From Camelus dromedarius (taxonomy: Eukaryota): a stretch of 64,000 nt of DNA. The DNA lies in assembly GCF_036321535.1 (NCBI RefSeq), contig NC_087437.1:48238001-48302000 (forward strand), given 5' to 3'. The notes below the pieces were generated by a model. The model was not told the DNA's origin and made no database searches. It saw only the letters and a list, made by a program, of their open reading frames with translations. The translations under genes and the position numbers were made by a program. This document shows positions 22,376-36,379 of this stretch, piece by piece (positions within the stretch are counted from its first letter, which is position 1; every line of letters starts with the position of its first letter).

Positions 22376-23920
22376 TAATCTGCAAGTGATTCTGACATTT
22401 TTGTCTAGAAAATAAAGCTCAAACTCCTAAAAAGATCATGATCTCTATTCCCTCACCTCTTGGTTTTCTTCTTCATGCAGCCTTTTTCTAGTCATACTAT
22501 TCTGCTTTCCATTCTATCACCACACCATTTCCCCTCCTGCCTAGCATATACTCTGTTCTCTGTCTGCAGGTCTCTACTCATCTTGCTCCAACTCTCTCCA
22601 TCTGAAGAACTCTTGCTTATTACTCATGCCTCAGCTCAAGTGCTGTGCTCTCTGTGAACACTGTTTTCTGATTTCTTCAAGAAGATTTAAGGGCTCTTTC
22701 CTCATGCTTTCAGGGATCTTTGTGCACACCTCTCTTACTATACTGAATATGATGTAAATACTCAATATGATGTAAATACCTTGCCTTTCCACTCATCAGT
22801 ACAGAGACTAATATGTCTTTTCTTTCTTTTTTTCCTCTTTCTACAATCCAAGCATCTTTTATAGCATCAAGTAAATGGAAGTGCACCACACCTGATTTCA
22901 GTAACTGAATGAACAAATATAGTGTTAGGGAACTCTTGCCATTCAAATAGCAAATATAAGAAAGTTGGAAGTCTAACTCAATCCTTACCATTAATTCATA
23001 TTCAATAAACATGTACGAGCATTATCTATGTGCCATGCATAAAGCTTGGGTTTACTCTCTATACTATATTATTATAGCATAATAATCTGTGGAAAGGCAT
23101 AGGTTTTATTATCTTCACTTACTTTATAGTTTAGGCAGAGCCATAATTCAAACCCAGATCTCCTAACTCCAATCTGAGAATTCGCCTTTCTCAAACCCAT
23201 GGCCTCACTTCAGTAATAAAAACAATCATATCAGAGAAAAATCCTTTAGGGACTTACTAGAATGAATTGGGGCCATGTCCTATTACATTCTAGAAGAATA
23301 TTTTTCAGCATTTGTTTTGTAAACATTTCAATAAATACTTCATGCAAAGCAGTACTTAATAGACACTTATGTACTGACCAAACAGTTTTCTCCTTTTCTT
23401 GTGGGATCTTGAGCTATAAAGAAAGGCAAGAAGCATGAAAGAAAACCAGCAAAGCACTTTATGACAACCATACTGGAGAGCCAGTAACTCAAAGAAAGGT
23501 AATTATTAGAATCATCAGAAAGTGTTCTCAGCACTAATGAAAGGTTTTCCTGGGGGAAGCTCTCGGTGGTAGTTATTCACACAAATTATCTCTCAGGAGC
23601 CCACGGCAGATTGACTAAACCAATTTTCAATTAAATTGCAGTGCTTTCCAAGTGGCAGAAGAGTGAAAGATATCTTTTAAAGAGAGCAGTTTCCTATCTA
23701 ATAAATAACTACCTGCCATGGTATAAAATTTAATAGTAGTTGTGGCATGGTACATCAAAAAGTAAATTGCAGTGTACAAAGTTAACAAATCCTCAGTGTG
23801 GATGCTGCCAACTTACTCTTCCTAGCAGCACCAAGCAGTGGCAGATCATGGACAAACACTACAACTCAGCTGTTGATTCCATATTAGACCGTAGATACAT
23901 CTAAAATGAGGCTAGTCACC

Positions 23921-24266
23921 CATTGACCTAAAACAAATAGACTGCCAGTTATTTCTCCAGCAAAAATGGGTTTATTTGGGATCTACAAAGAATTACAATT
24001 CAAGTTCTACAACCACAGCAATTCAAGTCCCCACACAGCAAGGCGAGGGGAACTCTTTCAAAGAGGGGAAGAGGAAGCTGGGAGCTATAGTAAAGAGTCT
24101 ACTGAAGGAACTAAGAGTTTGAAGTATAGTGACTTCTCATTGGCTGAGCTTTAGCCAGGCACGCAGTTGGAAGTCTTTCTTCTTCCTGTTGTGCTCTGGT
24201 TTTGTTGTAGGGCATGAGATCTCCTGACTTGATTTTAACTGAGGTGTCTGTTTATTAATTTTCACT
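23921..24266 (-). mobile_element. ERV1-type solo LTR
   Basis: gactgccagttatttctccagcaaaaatgggtttatttggg (reverse AATAAA) through ttaattttcac; flanked by cacc/cacc. Confidence 0.65.
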
Positions 24267-25148
24267 CACCTCAGCAAGAATTATGAGTGAGGTCTCTGTT
24301 TTGGTTTTCTGTACATTTATGTATATTAACATGTTACTGGTGGACATTAATGTGAAATTTAATAACAAAATCATAGCCAAGTCCTCTGTAAATATAACAG
24401 ATACTCCTAGCATAGTTTCTATATCTTATTTTGTGGAATCTAATATACCATAATAATGTATTGATATGATTATTTCAAAATCATTGATATGATTTTCTTG
24501 AGGGCAAAGGTTGTGCTTTAATATTTTGTTTTCTTAATGTTTGAATGAATGAATGAAATAATGGAATATATGTCATCATATTTTTAATCACATATGGTAA
24601 ACATTTGTTTTTGCATTCCTGGCATCCCTTCTGTCTTCTTCTGGTATTGTCACTTTCATTATCCTATAGGGAACCACCCCTTCTCCACACTCAATTCACA
24701 CGGTATTGGGCATGGATGAGGTGGGATAGAAAGATCACTTCACCCCCAATTCTAAGACCTGGCAAAACTGTATATTCCCTTATCTTGGCCGTATGATTCA
24801 TGGATAGGCTTATAAACAAAGTTGTTTAAATTATAGTGTGTCTTGGGACTTTTGCTGGACTCACTGGAAAAGTGGCACCTGTTCCAAAAATTGGGCACCT
24901 TTTCTAGTTCTGTCATGAACTTCTCATTTACATGAGCCAATAAGTTCCCAATACTTGACCAGTTTGAGTTGAATTTGCTTCTTTGACTTCTTCTGTTCTA
25001 TTTCCTCCAAGGGTTTGTAAACCCCTCAGATTAGATTCCAGTAGAGTGCTGTGATGCTGTAATAGTCAGTGGGAACTAATTAGGCTTAGCCATATTTCTA
25101 CAGAAGTTTTGAATTTGTCAAATGTATTGAAAAACAAGTAAGTGAATA

Positions 25149-25184
25149 AGTAGGTAGGTAGGTAGGTAGACAGACAGATAGATA
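25149..25184. repeat. Compound (TAGG)n(CAGA)n(TAGA)n microsatellite
   Basis: agtaggtaggtaggtaggtagacagacagatagata. Confidence 0.9.
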
Positions 25185-25520
25185 AGCTGCAAAGAGTCCT
25201 GAAGCAGGGACTCTAAAAATTAATTATTTAACCACACGTCCTTGCATCTATCATTCCACAGGGAGCTCTTAGAGGCCAGGCTATTTTCTTATGCTCAACA
25301 TTGCACTGAAATACTAAGTCAGTCTCTTGAACTACTTCAGAGGGTTACGTTAAATGTGGCCCAGCATTTTCTAGGTCAATAAGCCAAGTTATATGTTCTA
25401 CTGACTGGAGAATGGAAGGCTGACACTTCCTAGGGTTTATTTCAACCACACCTTAGACTATAGCTTCGATAAATTAGTCATTTTTAATGATGAATTTCCT
25501 CATCTATAAAGGGGGAAGAT

Positions 25521-25730
25521 AAACAACAAGGTCCTACTATATAGCACAGGGAACTATACTCAATACCTTGTAATGACCTATAATGGAGAAAAATCTGAAA
25601 AAAAATACATGTGTGTGTATGTATATATGTGTACATATACATATATGTATATATCTGAATCACTTTGCTGTACACCAGAAACTAACACAACATGGTAATC
25701 AACTATATACCAATCAATCAATAAACAAAC
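25521..25730 (+). mobile_element. 5'-truncated young L1 3' end
   Basis: aaacaacaaggtcctactatatagcacagggaactata...cactttgctgtacaccagaaactaacacaaca; TSD agggggaagat on both sides. Confidence 0.9.
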
Positions 25731-26344
25731 ATAGGGGGAAGATTTGTTATAGGTATAGTAAGGAACAGAAGACCGAATAAGACAATCCTTTTGGTGTTAA
25801 AATTCCAGTGGTGATTTCATTTCTATTATTTTATTAAGGAGTGTGAACAAGGAACATAATACTAAAGTCCTCGGTGAAAAGCCTAAGGGCTTTGCCTCAA
25901 AATTAACTAGATATTCTAGGATACAATTACAGCTGGAGGCATTATGTTTCACTATGTGAAGAGAGTGACTGAGGAGATATAATAAAGTACTAAGAGACGG
26001 GAATACAGGTCAGTTTTAAACTGGACAAAGATTTTGGGTCAGTGAAGTCAGTCAATTTTGCCTGGAGAAGTAATCAACAGAAGAAGCATAAGAAAAAACT
26101 GCAAGATATGCTCATTGGTCAGTATTAGACTTAGAAAACATAATTTTAAGATTTAGAGCCACAAAGACAGTTGGCTTCATTGAAATGTACTCAAAACAGT
26201 GGTTGAATCTCACTCTTCTAGTAATAGCTTAGCTATGGGAATTGGAAGACATAAAACCTTGGTTTCTGTAAAGTGAAAATAAAAATAAATTTTTCATCAT
26301 ATAGTTGCTTAGTTGTTAAAATAAATGAAAAGATGATCATCATA

Positions 26345-26610
26345 GTTAACAGTAACTTTATTTAGTACCAAATATGGGCCAAGCATTGTGCTACATGCCA
26401 GCATATGATCTCATTTAGTTCTCAAGACAACCCGATAAAGTAGGGCTAGTGTTATTCACATTTTACAAATAGGGAAAATGAAGCTGGGTGGTGGGGTCGG
26501 GGAGTGGGGAGGGGTTACACAGAGAGGTGATGCACCTTGCCTAAATTCCTCAGCTAGTAAGTGATAAAACAGGCTTTTCACTGAGGCAATCTACACCAGG
26601 ATTTTAAGAG
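26345..26610 (-). mobile_element. MIR
   Basis: atctcatttagttctcaagacaacc...attttacaaatagggaaaatgaagct...gctagtaagtga. Confidence 0.75.
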
Positions 26611-27749
26611 TGTCTCTATATTGCTTTTCTACCAGAGCAGACAGTAACAACTTAATAAATCAGAGTTGAAACAGAATCATGCAAACGCCCAAGCTAGGGA
26701 AGATGACTGAACAGTACCCAAGTGGGAACAAAATGTAGTAGACAGGTGACTTGTTCCTGGCTCCTTTTTATAAATGTAGTGTTGATTCAAGATGCGGTGC
26801 CCTGCTCTAGATCCAATGCCAAATCCATTTTTCTTCCTTTATCTGCCTTTTCTGCCTGATCCTTTGAAATAATACCTCCCTCTTCTTTACTTTGAAGCAG
26901 AATGGGGAATGAATTTACATAGCAAAATTTCTTTAAAATTCTTCAAGTTTCTTAAACTATGATGGTTACAAAAGGCACCATCTTGAACCACCATTTTATT
27001 GGGATTTACTGAACATCCAGCAAGAGAGCCTGGACACTGGATGCTGACTCTGTGCTTACATGGACTGACTGATCCAAAGCCTTTCCTGTTGCATGGACAC
27101 ACAGAAGATTGCTTATATCTATAGTTTCAAAACATCTTGAGGTCCTGAAGGCTTTAAAGTAGTAAAGAGAAAACTGACAAGGGAGAAGTAGCCTTACCAG
27201 ATAGTAACCACATTACAGAATAATATGGACAAGGACAGTCTGAGGGACTCGTTGGAGTCTCTCTTTGGCTTCCCCTCCTGTTTACAGACTGGCTACAGGA
27301 AGAGCATACTTACTACCTGGAAAGTCTCAACCTAGATCCAGATGGAAATTGTTACTTAACAGAGATACTATCTGGCAGGTTTCCTTAGAGATCCTGCCCA
27401 TGTTATATTTTATAGAGATGAAGCTCCCAGTAAAGGCCATGACTTTGGTTTCTTCTGTTGCCCAGATAGTTTGATCTCTAAATTGGTCTGAAATCAATAC
27501 TTTAAAAATGTATGTCACTGATCTGAAACTAAAGGCCTCTCTTTAATTTCTGAATTAAATTTAACTCCTATTTGCCTATAAAACCACATTAGACATATAT
27601 AAAACTTCCTATTTGTGGAATAATAAGCAAGGAAAATCAGAAGACTTGAAAAAAATTCTGCAGCTCCACATGTTACTGAAGACTTGGAGGAGTTGTCTCC
27701 CTCTGCAGCAGTGGCTTTACTGAGAGAAGCATGTATGGTCATTTGTCTG

Positions 27750-28400
27750 ACTGCTGTCAGCTTCATCCTATCCTTTCATGCTTTGCTCAGTATTTCAGGG
27801 AAGAGAAGTCGGAAAACTACATTTCACAGACTCCCTTGCTCACATGGTTCTTCTGGTTGGTTCTATCAATGGGAAACAATGTAGGAGATTAGACTGAGAG
27901 GCAGGAGGAAAAGTAGACATTTTTCTTCCTGTTTTAAGTTTTGCTGGCTCCTTGAACAGTGACAACTGCTTGGGGTGAATGCAGGCTCCTGGGTTGCTCT
28001 CAGACAATGTGGTCCAGCAGCTGTGTCAGGGGGGAGTGTCCCATCATCCTCATCAGCACGGTGTTCAGGTGGGCTGACTCCAGCAGCAACAGTGACAGAA
28101 GCCTTCTGAGCTACTGCAACATCAGTGGAAATGGGAGTTCCAGGCTTCTTGCAATGGTGGTGACAGCAGTGGCTCCAATGCCAGTGGCAGGTGCTCAGTA
28201 GCCTTAGTGCTGAAGTTCTTGTGGACTTCATCTATATTCATACCACCATTTTCCCTCTCCTTCAGCTTAGAACAGCATCTCGCAGCTACCAGTATCTTTC
28301 CCCTTTTACTTCTCTAGACCTCCTATTTGTAACCAACATCCTATATTACATTTCCTCTGAATGAAAAACCTAGCATGGCTTCTTTTCTTCACTGACTTAC
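27750..28400 (+). mobile_element. ERVL LTR (LTR33/LTR41-like) remnant
   Basis: ctacatttcacagactcccttgc...caatgggaaacaatgtaggagattaga with a GCA-rich middle; accounts for ORFs 27866-28231 and 27959-28201. Confidence 0.55.
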
Positions 28401-28559
28401 ACAAAACAGAAGAATGTTTAGGAGATTCATGATTTATGGACTCAGGAAGACTTAAGAGAATGTTCCTTTTTAAAATTAGATCAGGATGTCACAGAAAAGG
28501 AACCATGTAAGATAAAGAAGTTTTACATGGAAATGAAAAACAATTTTGTGATACTTTAA

Positions 28560-29620
28560 ACCACAAAGGAGACCCAACAGCAAGATAAGGCACCAATTCA
28601 TTATTCTGAAAATCGATAAAAAAAAAAAAAGGTAGAGAATCACACATTTATTCCTCTTTTCCTATATGAACTGGATGTCAGGGTATCCAAATAGTTACTG
28701 AAGGAAAATTCTTTTTTAATAAAAGAATCACAGCTAATAAATGCAAGATAAATGATAGAATTAGAAAATCACTCTTTTGCAATACCTAATGGAGTAATGA
28801 ATAGGTAACAATCAACAGTGGCTGCTATAACCATTAGGTGAATGGTTAATGGAAAATTATAACGGATGGATCTGAGTTGACACCACCTGAGCCCTGTAAT
28901 TAATCTTAATGTCACTAAAAATAGACTAAATAGATATTATGTGCCACATTATGTAAAGCAATAGAAATTACAAAGCACTACCTATAAAATATCCCTGAAA
29001 AAACAACTTGATCTAATTAACCTGAAGATATAAGTCCTAGTTTTAAGGGAAAAAAAGGAGAAAGAAGAATATGTTAATTTACACTGCAAAGATATTATCA
29101 GCCAAATCCAGAATGTGGCAAATTCTACAGTTTTTTTCCCCAAATAAATGATGTTTAAAAAAAGGGGAGCATAAACTGATATCCATGAAAAGAGAATTAA
29201 AGAAAAGTCAAACAGTTACAACGTGTGGTCCTTTGCAACTATGAAAAGACAGCTCTTTAGACAGTTGGAGAAAATTAAACATAGATAAGGTATTAGATAA
29301 TGTTAAGGAATTATTGTTAATTGTGTTGGGCCTTATATGTTGTTTTGAGAATGTGTGTGTTTTTAAAAAATCCTTTTCTGTTAAAAGAATGAAGTATTTA
29401 TGGCAGAAATTATATAATGCTAGACATTTGCCTTAAAATGCTCCACTACTTTCTTTCCATTGATTAAAAGAAAATAAAAAAGAGCTGGGGTGAATACAGA
29501 TGAAGCAAGAGTAGCAGAATGGTTCTCAGTATTGCATCTATGTGATAGGTACACGGGGACTCGTTATTACTATTTTTGTATGAGATTTTTCTAATAAACA
29601 GCTTAAAATAACTTCCTTTA
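28560..29620 (+). mobile_element. L1MC-type 3'UTR
   Basis: cagctaataaatgcaag, aaatccagaatgtggcaaattctacag, gtattagataatgttaaggaattattgttaatt. Confidence 0.75.
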
Positions 29621-32299
29621 CAAAATGCTTTTAAAATCCAGAGGCTCATGTTTTATTTATTTTAAATTGTCAACTAACAGCTCATTCTATATTTTATAAA
29701 ATATTTAAAACCACTGCAAATGTTGAGACTTCTTACCCCAATTTGTTTGAGTTTCAAGTTCAAGCTGAGAAGCCCTGCTCTGCTTCAAATACACATCATG
29801 ATAGGCAATTCACAAAGAGAACATTTAAATGGCATAGTGGCATTAAAACAAGATAAACACCTCAAAAGACCAGAAGTGGAACATAACGCAAAGAGTTACA
29901 TGAGAGGGGCTGAAGCTGTAGGCCTTTTGGAGTTTGGGTTGTCCACACCGGGAATACAAAGACCAGTATTTGCTTACCAGGCTGTCACTTTTATAAGACA
30001 ATGAGCTGCTTGCAGACTAGCACCGTATGTCTCCATTTTAATACGCCTAGAAAAGTGCCTGGAACACATTAGGCAAAAATTGAGTAAATAATGAGCAAGC
30101 AAAATGCTTGAGGAGCAGGATGGAAAAATGCTTGATCACAAGAAAAATGCAAGCTTGAACTTGTACAAGCACTAAATGGACATGTGTTACATTCTCCTGT
30201 TATAAAGACCAGTGGGGAAAAAACCCTATCTGTGAGGCTCAAGAGCCCTTACATAATGATTTTTTTTTCTCATAGGAAGAAGATGGACCTACAGATTACG
30301 GCTCTGATTTACTGCTCTGAAGCAAAGTAGTGCCAAACCACGTACCCCTTCCCAAAAGAAAGATGGCATCTCTGCCATGAGACAGTGTGTGTCACACAAC
30401 TGGTCTCTACTTAAAACTCTTTGTTTAGAAATCCTGTTTGCTCACTGTTGTGATACACACATATATACATGTATATATAAAAATAAACCAGATAGAAACT
30501 CATCCCTGCGTATCAAGAATCCAGTAAAAAGGATTCTTATTGAATGGCACATGGCCACACAATTTCTGCCCTGGTAAAGATATAAGAGGTAAACCTTTGC
30601 CCCTCTTTCCCTGTAAAAGTCCTACAGTTTTTCTTATAAGGACATGTCTGGACATTGCTGGCAAACTCTAATGCTCACCTCTTTTCCCACACAAGTTATA
30701 TCATTTCCAGGGTTCAGGACTATTTGAGCTATATCAAACAGGGCTTTGGAGGGCTGCAATCATTGTAGAAAATATCTGCATATTGCTTGCATGATATGCG
30801 ATAGAAACGAGTGAAATTCTACCTCATTTTTAATCCAAAGGGTCAAATTATGGTTTGCCAGAGAGAAGAGGCAGCCTAGTTATGGTAGCCTCTACCAAAC
30901 CACCTCAAAATGAAATGCTAGACTGCTTAAATGTTATAAATCTGGGCAAAATTCAGCCTTGACATACCACATAAGTGGTCAATTGCTGGCTAATAGGCAG
31001 GAAAAGTCATTACTTCCTAAGGGTTCCTTCCAACTTATACTAAGAGGAGAATCATGGCCTTTTGTATTTGGTGCTAATTTTAATTAATGAAAAATACTGA
31101 CATCTACATTTATAATATTTTATATAAATGAAGTGGAAAAATCCTTGGATTGAAAGCTAAGTTCTAGTGCCAATTCTGACTGGCCAACTGTGTGATCTCG
31201 GGAAAGTCACTTGACTCTTCGAGACAGGTTTCTTTCCTACCTATAAAATCAGGGGGCTTAGGCCAAGGCTCAATCAGATGGTCTTTAAGGTGCCTCTCAG
31301 CTATGTCATGTGAATTTTTCATGTGTCATGTGAATGTATGTGAATAACTTATAAAAATGTTTAAAAAGGCACGGAAAGCAGATATTTCAATGAGTAATAA
31401 TGTTGAGGATTTTTGGCACCTACTATTATGTGAGATGATATGGCAAGAAAGAAAAAGAGAAAATTAGAGTTTTTGCTTTTTATTTTCACCGAAGTTCATA
31501 AAGTGGTCCAATTTAAAAGCCTACATAGAAGATAGAAAATCAATTAAAATGTTAAGTATTAAGTATATATGAAATACTTGAGAATTCTAAATATAAGGTA
31601 CAAAGGCCCAATTTTTAATTAAAAGTCATTTTACTAATAGGAACTTTCCTGAACAATAATAACCACATTACTACCAATCTCTATATTCATAATCAACTGC
31701 TATTCTATATAGAGGAGACACAGAGCAATAAAAACTAATGGTAATCATGTGTGTGTGTTCTTAATCTGCCTGTTATATTTCAGCAGACAGGAACACAACC
31801 CCCACAAACACAAAAACCTGGATACTGTTGTTAGTGTATGGTTTTAAGAAATTGTTATCAGAATTCCTAGAGTCTGCACATATTGTCCTGAGATATGAAT
31901 AAATGACACCCATTTATAACCTGCCACCTCCTTTTGGCACTTCATAATTTTATCTTAAAAGTCTAGTGACATGACTGACTAGTTTCAGTCCCTGCAAAGT
32001 TGTGCATTTGAAGTGAGATCAACAGTGGCAAAGGTGAGAAAGAGTGATTGACATGGTGTGTAATCACTTTAGGTATCAAGACTTTGGCTTGTTGTTTATG
32101 GGAGATTCTATCTTCTTAGAAATGCATCAAGGAATGTGTTAGTGGGACTGTACCAATAGTGATGTCTCAAAGACAACCTTTAGTACAAATAGGATAATTT
32201 TAAATTTCTATTTAAAAATTTGTTTTATTACAGATGGAGAGTCACAGGAACAGAATATATTATATCATAACTATCACAACTTTAAAAAATTTAGAAGTA

Positions 32300-32530
32300 G
32301 GCAGTGTGGTATAGCACTGAGGACGCTGGGTTGAGAGTCAGATGGACTTTTACCTGTTTTGGGTTTCCCCACTTCTATCTGTGTGAGTTTGGGCAAACCA
32401 TTTCACCTCTCCTAGCTTTGTTTTCCTCATCTCCAAGTTGAGAATAACATGGTTGACTCTGCCTACCTCATGGGGTTGTTACAGGCTCCAATAGGATTTT
32501 TGCCTGTGATGAAGCAATGAATTAATATAA
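32300..32530 (+). mobile_element. MIR
   Basis: ggcagtgtggtatagc...tgtgtgagtttgggcaaaccatttcacctctc...ttcctcatct. Confidence 0.75.
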
Positions 32531-32702
32531 AAGATTCTTCCTCATTATTATCAAGAAAAATATATGTTATTGCTGGTACCTGTCACTACAACCATAGAAG
32601 TGTTTAGAAAACTCAAATTCCTCCTTCCTTGGTATATGCACAAAATGTGGACTCTTCTAACTTTGTCATCAATCACAGTTCCCCTGAATCCTACATACAA
32701 TT

Positions 32703-33318
32703 TGTTATGGTTAATTTTATGCGTCACCGTGACTGGGTCACATGGTGCCCAGACATTTGGTTAAACGTTATTTCTGAGAGTGTCTGGGAGGGTATTTCTG
32801 GAAAAGATTAGCATTTGAATCAGGAGACTGACTAAAGCAGATTGCCCTCCCCAGTGTGGGGGGGGGGCACCACATATTCCACTAAGGATTGAATAGAACA
32901 AAAAAAGGGGGAGGCAGGGGAGAATTCTCCCTCTGCCTGCCTGACTGAGCTGATACACTGGTCTTCTCCTGCCTTCAGACTGCACCTCACTCCATGGGAG
33001 CTCCTGGTTTTCAGGCATTTGACTAGAATTTACAACAACAGCTCTCCAGTTCTCAGGCCTTCAGATTTGGACTAGAACTTGCACCGTGGGTTCTCCTGGT
33101 TCTCAGAACTTCTGACTCAGACTGGAACTACATGACCAACTCTCCCGACTTTCCAACTTGCAGATTGCAAATGGTAGCCTCCATAACTGTGGGAGCCAAT
33201 TGTTTATAATAATCTCTTCCTCCATCTCTCTCTCTATATATATTATTTATATATTTATTAACATTTATTTATATTATATTTCCTATTGGTTTTTTTCTGG
33301 AGAATCCTGACTATTACA
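32703..33318 (+). mobile_element. MLT2 (ERVL) solo LTR
   Basis: tgttatggttaattttatgcgtca...gactaaagcagattgccctccc...cctattggtttttttctggagaatcctgact. Confidence 0.9.
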
Positions 33319-35962
33319 CAATTCCATGTTTTTCAAAGATTTATTAGAGTGGCACAAATACACTATGACTCTTCTAGTTAAAAATACTTGGCTGATTGAA
33401 GGACCTACTTTATCCAACTCCTGATAATAACTTTCATCTCCAAGACCAAAAAAATGTGTGTTCTAGTTCCTTGGTCTTGTACGCAACTGGAATTTTATGT
33501 GTTTGAAACTGATGTCAAATCCTCACCTCCCAGACATGCTCTGCCTGCCCCATCAGAACCATATTTGTCCTTACTGAAATCACCTGCTTTCTCTCAGCTT
33601 CCATTCACTCTGCCAACAATGTAACAGCCCAACCAAGAAATATGAGAGCCGCCATACCCTGTGGGTGATTTACATATTTTATCTCATTTAATCCTCATGA
33701 CCATCCAACAATACTGATACTACTGTGGCTTTCAAAGGGTAATTAAGTTACTCAAAGCTACATAGCAAACAGTGAAACCAAGAATTGGATTCAAAGCCAC
33801 CTCACAGATAAGTCTGTTGGGCCCAATGACTAGGCATATTCCTTGCTCCAGTCTCCCTTCTTCTCTTCCCTCAATTGCATATTTTTTTGTTAATCTAAGT
33901 TATTTGGGCTCAAAGCAATTTATTATAGCCAGGGTATATGACTTCCTCTGGTATTTTATGCAACATTTTCAAAACAGCCATGACTGTGTTTTTGCCTGTC
34001 AGCATTATTTTTTTTTTCATTCTGAAAGCATTCTATCAAATTTGATAGGGTTGATATGTTCTATAAATCCCTACTGCCTCCTTAAATGCAATCATAACTT
34101 TCTGCGGGCTGGTTCCTACGGACAAGGCTTTATAGTCCATATCTTCTCAGTGAAAGATTTACTAGGTGGTGGAATAAATACATGCCATGCATTTCACAGC
34201 TTTTCCACCTCAAATGGCATTTCTTAGTCAGCACATTAGCTTTGCCATATGTATTGCCACAAATAGTAATTCTTCCTCAGAGTTCAGGAAGATTTGCGGA
34301 AACAAGTATTTCCAAATTAAATCTTATTCACAGTTTCTGCTCAGCACAAACCAGCCTAACTTGATGAGTGCCTTTGACATGTTGAGGAATAATTAAATTT
34401 AATTTTCATGCACAGAATGAAAATGGAAAACATTCCTGCAGGCTTGCGGTGGCTGACACTATGCTATCGCCTTTATGCTCTTAAAAGGGAAGGGATGTGG
34501 ATTCTAAGAGAACAGCACAGTCCACAAAAGTCTAGGAGAAAACATTCGAGAACAATATAATCTCTGCTGATGTGGTAGCTTTTATTTTAGCCCTTAAGGA
34601 TGAAAGCAGGAATGCACATGATGATTTTTTTTTTCTTTTGAAAAGGTAGAAAGGTATTCTGACCTATTTATTATCCAAATATTCTTCAGAAATTCACTGG
34701 CTTTTAAAGGGCAGACCTGAGAGGAAAGCCATAGAATCATAGATGCTGGATTGTCAACAAGCACTGAAATGGAGTGGGGCCTTTACTATTGTTGGACTTT
34801 TTAATATTATTAATAATAACTAAAACAATAGCTCAGTGTGTTTAGAACCCCTTATGAATCAGGATCTATTTCTAAAGTTCCCTTTATCCCTAACAGGACA
34901 GTGTACATGTCATATCTATTTGCAGTTGAGAAATTTGAGCCTCAGAATGCTGATGAAATTCTGATATCATATAGCTAGTAAATGACTCACCTGTGATTTG
35001 GCCCTAAGGTCTGGTTATCTCCAAAGCCTGTGCTCTAACGCAACATATCATAATTAAGAGCACAGTTTCAAAAAGCAGACTCGGACTTTCAGACTCAGAC
35101 ACTTCCAATTACTGGCTGTGTAAACTCAACTTACTTAACACATCTGAAGTTCAGTGCAAGGAAGCAGTCACATCTGCCACCCAGACATCATGTCCCTGCA
35201 CCTCCAACCACATAAAATAGGGGTTTGATGAGAAGAGGAAGCTGGAATAAATGAGAAACGCCTCCAAATTTTAATGACTTAATACTTTTACTTTAGAACC
35301 CATAAACAACTCCTACCATCTGGCCTCATTTTTTTTTTTTTTATCACACTGGAGGAAATCTCAGCCTACTACATGATATTAAAAAAAAAGAATCAGGATC
35401 AAATTTCTCCTTTCTCCCCAACCCCCACTTCGAGCTCTGAGCACAGAGTTTTGCAAAGCAAATCTTTGCTATTATTCTTACAGAGAAAGAATTCTGGCAT
35501 GGATGAAAAAGAACTCCAAGTAAGACAAGCACAAGAGGTGTTTTGTTTCTTTCAAATCAGTGTAATTTACACAGCTGTGTATACATGAGCAAAGCTGTTT
35601 CAGGGAAGCAGATCTGAGCAGGGATTTTCAGGCCTTGGCACCATGTCCTTCAGAGCTGCTCTCAGATCGCTTCACCTCACTCTACCTTAGTGTCTCCATT
35701 CAAACACTCACAGAAAATAAAATGAACGAAGAGAATACAGAGAACCCTGAATAAAGAGAACTGAATTAATCAGACAATAAGGACGGTCACTCTGTGTTCT
35801 TGTCAAGAACCTACATCCTTCTAAAAATACCTTTTTTTACTAGTGAACCATTATACAACTTACAAGTTTAATGAAAGCAAGTTGTCTCAAGTTTAGTAAA
35901 GTTCAGCCCTTTGTTCATGGTTCTGACACAGATTGGAATTTTCAGGCAGAGCCAGCTCTTAC

Positions 35963-35998
35963 CTAGGAGTGAATTCGACACATACTGTCTGCCATTCT
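35963..35998 (-). other. Candidate 36-nt microexon
   Basis: Minus strand reads cttgcttttttctcctctag|AGAATGGCAGACAGTATGTGTCGAATTCACTCCTAG|gtaaga. Confidence 0.4.
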
Positions 35999-36379
35999 CT
36001 AGAGGAGAAAAAAGCAAGTGGAAGTGCTGAATCTGTTGAGTGATGAGTAGGTCAGAAATGTCCTCCATCATTATTGCTTATATTCAAATTGAATAACATT
36101 TGGCAATACAATTTTAGTTTATGAGACAGAGTTCTTTTCAGTATCAGTGTATCTTTTTATTCCCTCAAAACCAACTCAGTCACGTATAAAGTGGGTAGCC
36201 TATGGGTTTCCCAACTTTCTATCTGTGCCTTAACCTCCATAAAGAAGGTCTACTTGCTATGGTAATACAAAAAATAGTGAGCACTCATTGAGTGCTGTGT
36301 TTGGGCCAGGCAGAAGTAGAAGCACTCTTTAGGTATTAACCCATTTAATGTATATGAATATATTCAATATATGAACATA

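Noticed and set aside
33525..33575. - strand donor GAG|gtgagg suggesting an exon
   Set aside because: There is no convincing upstream pyrimidine tract or acceptor.
33772..34227. 151-aa ORF
   Set aside because: It starts at GTG inside a MIR remnant, has an F/S/L-rich composition typical of AT-rich non-coding DNA, and resembles no domain.
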